From Eledone cirrhosa (Eukaryota), in the NCBI GenBank assembly GCA_964016885.1, contig OZ024740.1, positions 105,896,001-105,960,000 of the forward strand: a DNA stretch of 64,000 bases, in the 5' to 3' direction. Positions 62,257 to 64,000 of this stretch are shown in pieces (the first letter of the stretch is position 1; each line of letters starts with the position of its first letter). Made by a program: the position numbers and the translations under genes. The notes beneath the pieces were generated by a model. The model had not been told where the DNA came from. It ran no database searches and saw only the letters and a list, made by a program, of their open reading frames with translations.

Positions 62257-62944
62257 TTTTAGAGAGATATTTGCGGAGGTGTTTGATACCATGGACTTTA
62301 TCTTGAACATTGTACGTGTCAGATATGCTGACGTCATTCGTGTGTAAATTGATTTGAAGTTGATGGTTATAATAGAAAGAATATAAATATATCGGAACGA
62401 ATAGATGTTCAATAAATTGCAATTGCTAATCAGAGACGCAGCGTCCTCTCGAGTTTACCCCCACTTACTAGAACAGAGAGCAAGGAAAGTAATGTGGTAT
62501 TGGAAATTTTGAAGTACTCAACTCATTTAGATTTCTGATTAATTTAATATTGTGCAGCGGTGAGATAAATGTCCTACTGTATTTAGTTCTATAACTTTAT
62601 TGTTTCCTGTGTTGATATTGTTTTTGTTGCTGTTACTTGTACTGATGATAATGATGATGATAATGATGATGATGATGATGAACATGATAATGATTTACAT
62701 ACCGATCACACCAAGTAATTTTGACCAGTCGGCATTTCATGCAATGCATCGGAAGTCATTTGGGTGTTTTAATTCCTGGGAACCCGAACTTATCATGTTT
62801 TAATTCCTGGAAACCCGAACTTATCATGTTTACTGTAACAGAAATTAGGATTTAAACTGAGAATGTACAGTACCGGAACAGATACTAGAAGGTGCCATAT
62901 CTGATGCTCAATGACATTCTGTAATTCCTCACTTTGGCCTGGTA

Positions 62945-63090
62945 CTATTGGTCTGATACTATATTTATCGGCTTCTAAAGGGAAAAAGGAAAAGTTGCCC
63001 TCGGCGTTCTTTGAACTCAGAACGCAGAGAAATGGAGTAAAGGATGCCCTTTACTCTCATGCTCAAACGACACTGCTAATTCACCGCCTT
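62945..63090 (-). mobile_element. Old degenerate SINE
   Basis: tttatcg..aaaggaaaagttgccctcggcg..ttgaactcaga..ctgctaattcaccgcc is the reverse complement of the SINE head and core. Confidence 0.65.
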
Positions 63091-64000
63091 TAATTACAAA
63101 CATTAACATATGAAAACCCAAACTATATAGTAAGTCCTTGCTGAATCTGGGGGAGCTTGACAACATTTGTAGTCATTCCAGGTTTTTCTAGAATCAGATG
63201 AGATATCTATATCGAAATTTCGGTCCATCCAAATTCTATAAAAATAAATACCAGTAATATAGGTTCTAGGGTTTCTTGTTGATATTTTTGATGTTGTTTT
63301 ATATTTTTAAATAACCCCGGTTTGAGTCATATTTTGCTTAATTACCTTCAGGCTGTGACAACAACGTCCCTTGTTTTCAAACGAAGTGTAATTAAGGTTA
63401 CATTCTCGGTAGTGTTTTCATGAAGATTGTAATGTTTGATCTTAGTGAGATTCGGTTGTTCTTTCTCGCCGTATAGATGTCACACATATAATTCAGTAAA
63501 GTACTTATATTACTTGTAAATGTATGTTAAACCTACTTATATTATCAGTAGTGCTCAGTAATACATTCCACTATAACTAAATGGAAGCCAATCCAATACA
63601 CTATACAATCTTTACTATTCTAAAATTTAACATTTGTAATTTCCAGTATAAGACTTAAACCCATTCAAGGGATCCCATGGAATGTTTTATTTATATTTAT
63701 CTCAGATATAATTACATTTCATATCAGTATTTGTTGGCCGAAACCATGCGCATAATGTCTAAAAGCTGCTTAAATCGTATACTAATCAAGTATTTTACTT
63801 AATCTGTAGTTTATAGTCTTCAATCACATATATTTATACTTACGATAATGCGTTTCTATTAATGATTTAATCAGTGGAGATTGAGCAATGTCTACTGACT
63901 CTTTTTTAGGACATCCGAGATTAGTGGGATGGTGTTCATGTTTAACCAGGCAGCTGGTTAAGTCTACCACACTAGAACTGAAATTATCTCCCGCACAGGC

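Noticed and set aside
62766-62830. 31-bp tandem duplication (similar micro-duplications at 27831-27893)
   Set aside because: Ordinary local slippage with no further structure

Overview
Eukaryotic (animal) genomic DNA made almost entirely of transposons and microsatellites; no intact host gene was recognised. The SINE type and the abundant (TA)n/(TATG)n/(AAT)n tracts suggest a cephalopod such as an octopus (inference). The window holds Tx1/L1-clade LINEs (ORF1 zinc knuckle, APE+RT), R4/Dong-type LINEs (RT+RLE, three families, one with a 1066-aa uninterrupted ORF), RTE-clade LINEs and non-autonomous derivatives, Penelope-like remnants with minimal hammerhead ribozyme motifs, tRNA-derived SINEs, Helitron pieces and a USP-protease fragment. 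The main pattern is chains of retrotransposons joined by short microsatellites with a consistent polarity: at AAT/ATT tracts every Tx1 copy with a visible tail ends in (ATT)n and every Dong-type copy ends in (AAT)n, so the two clades lie antiparallel; the same geometry recurs at (TATG)n. The common SINE shares its 3' end with the Tx1 family. Family assignments and similarities are by eye; no searches were run.
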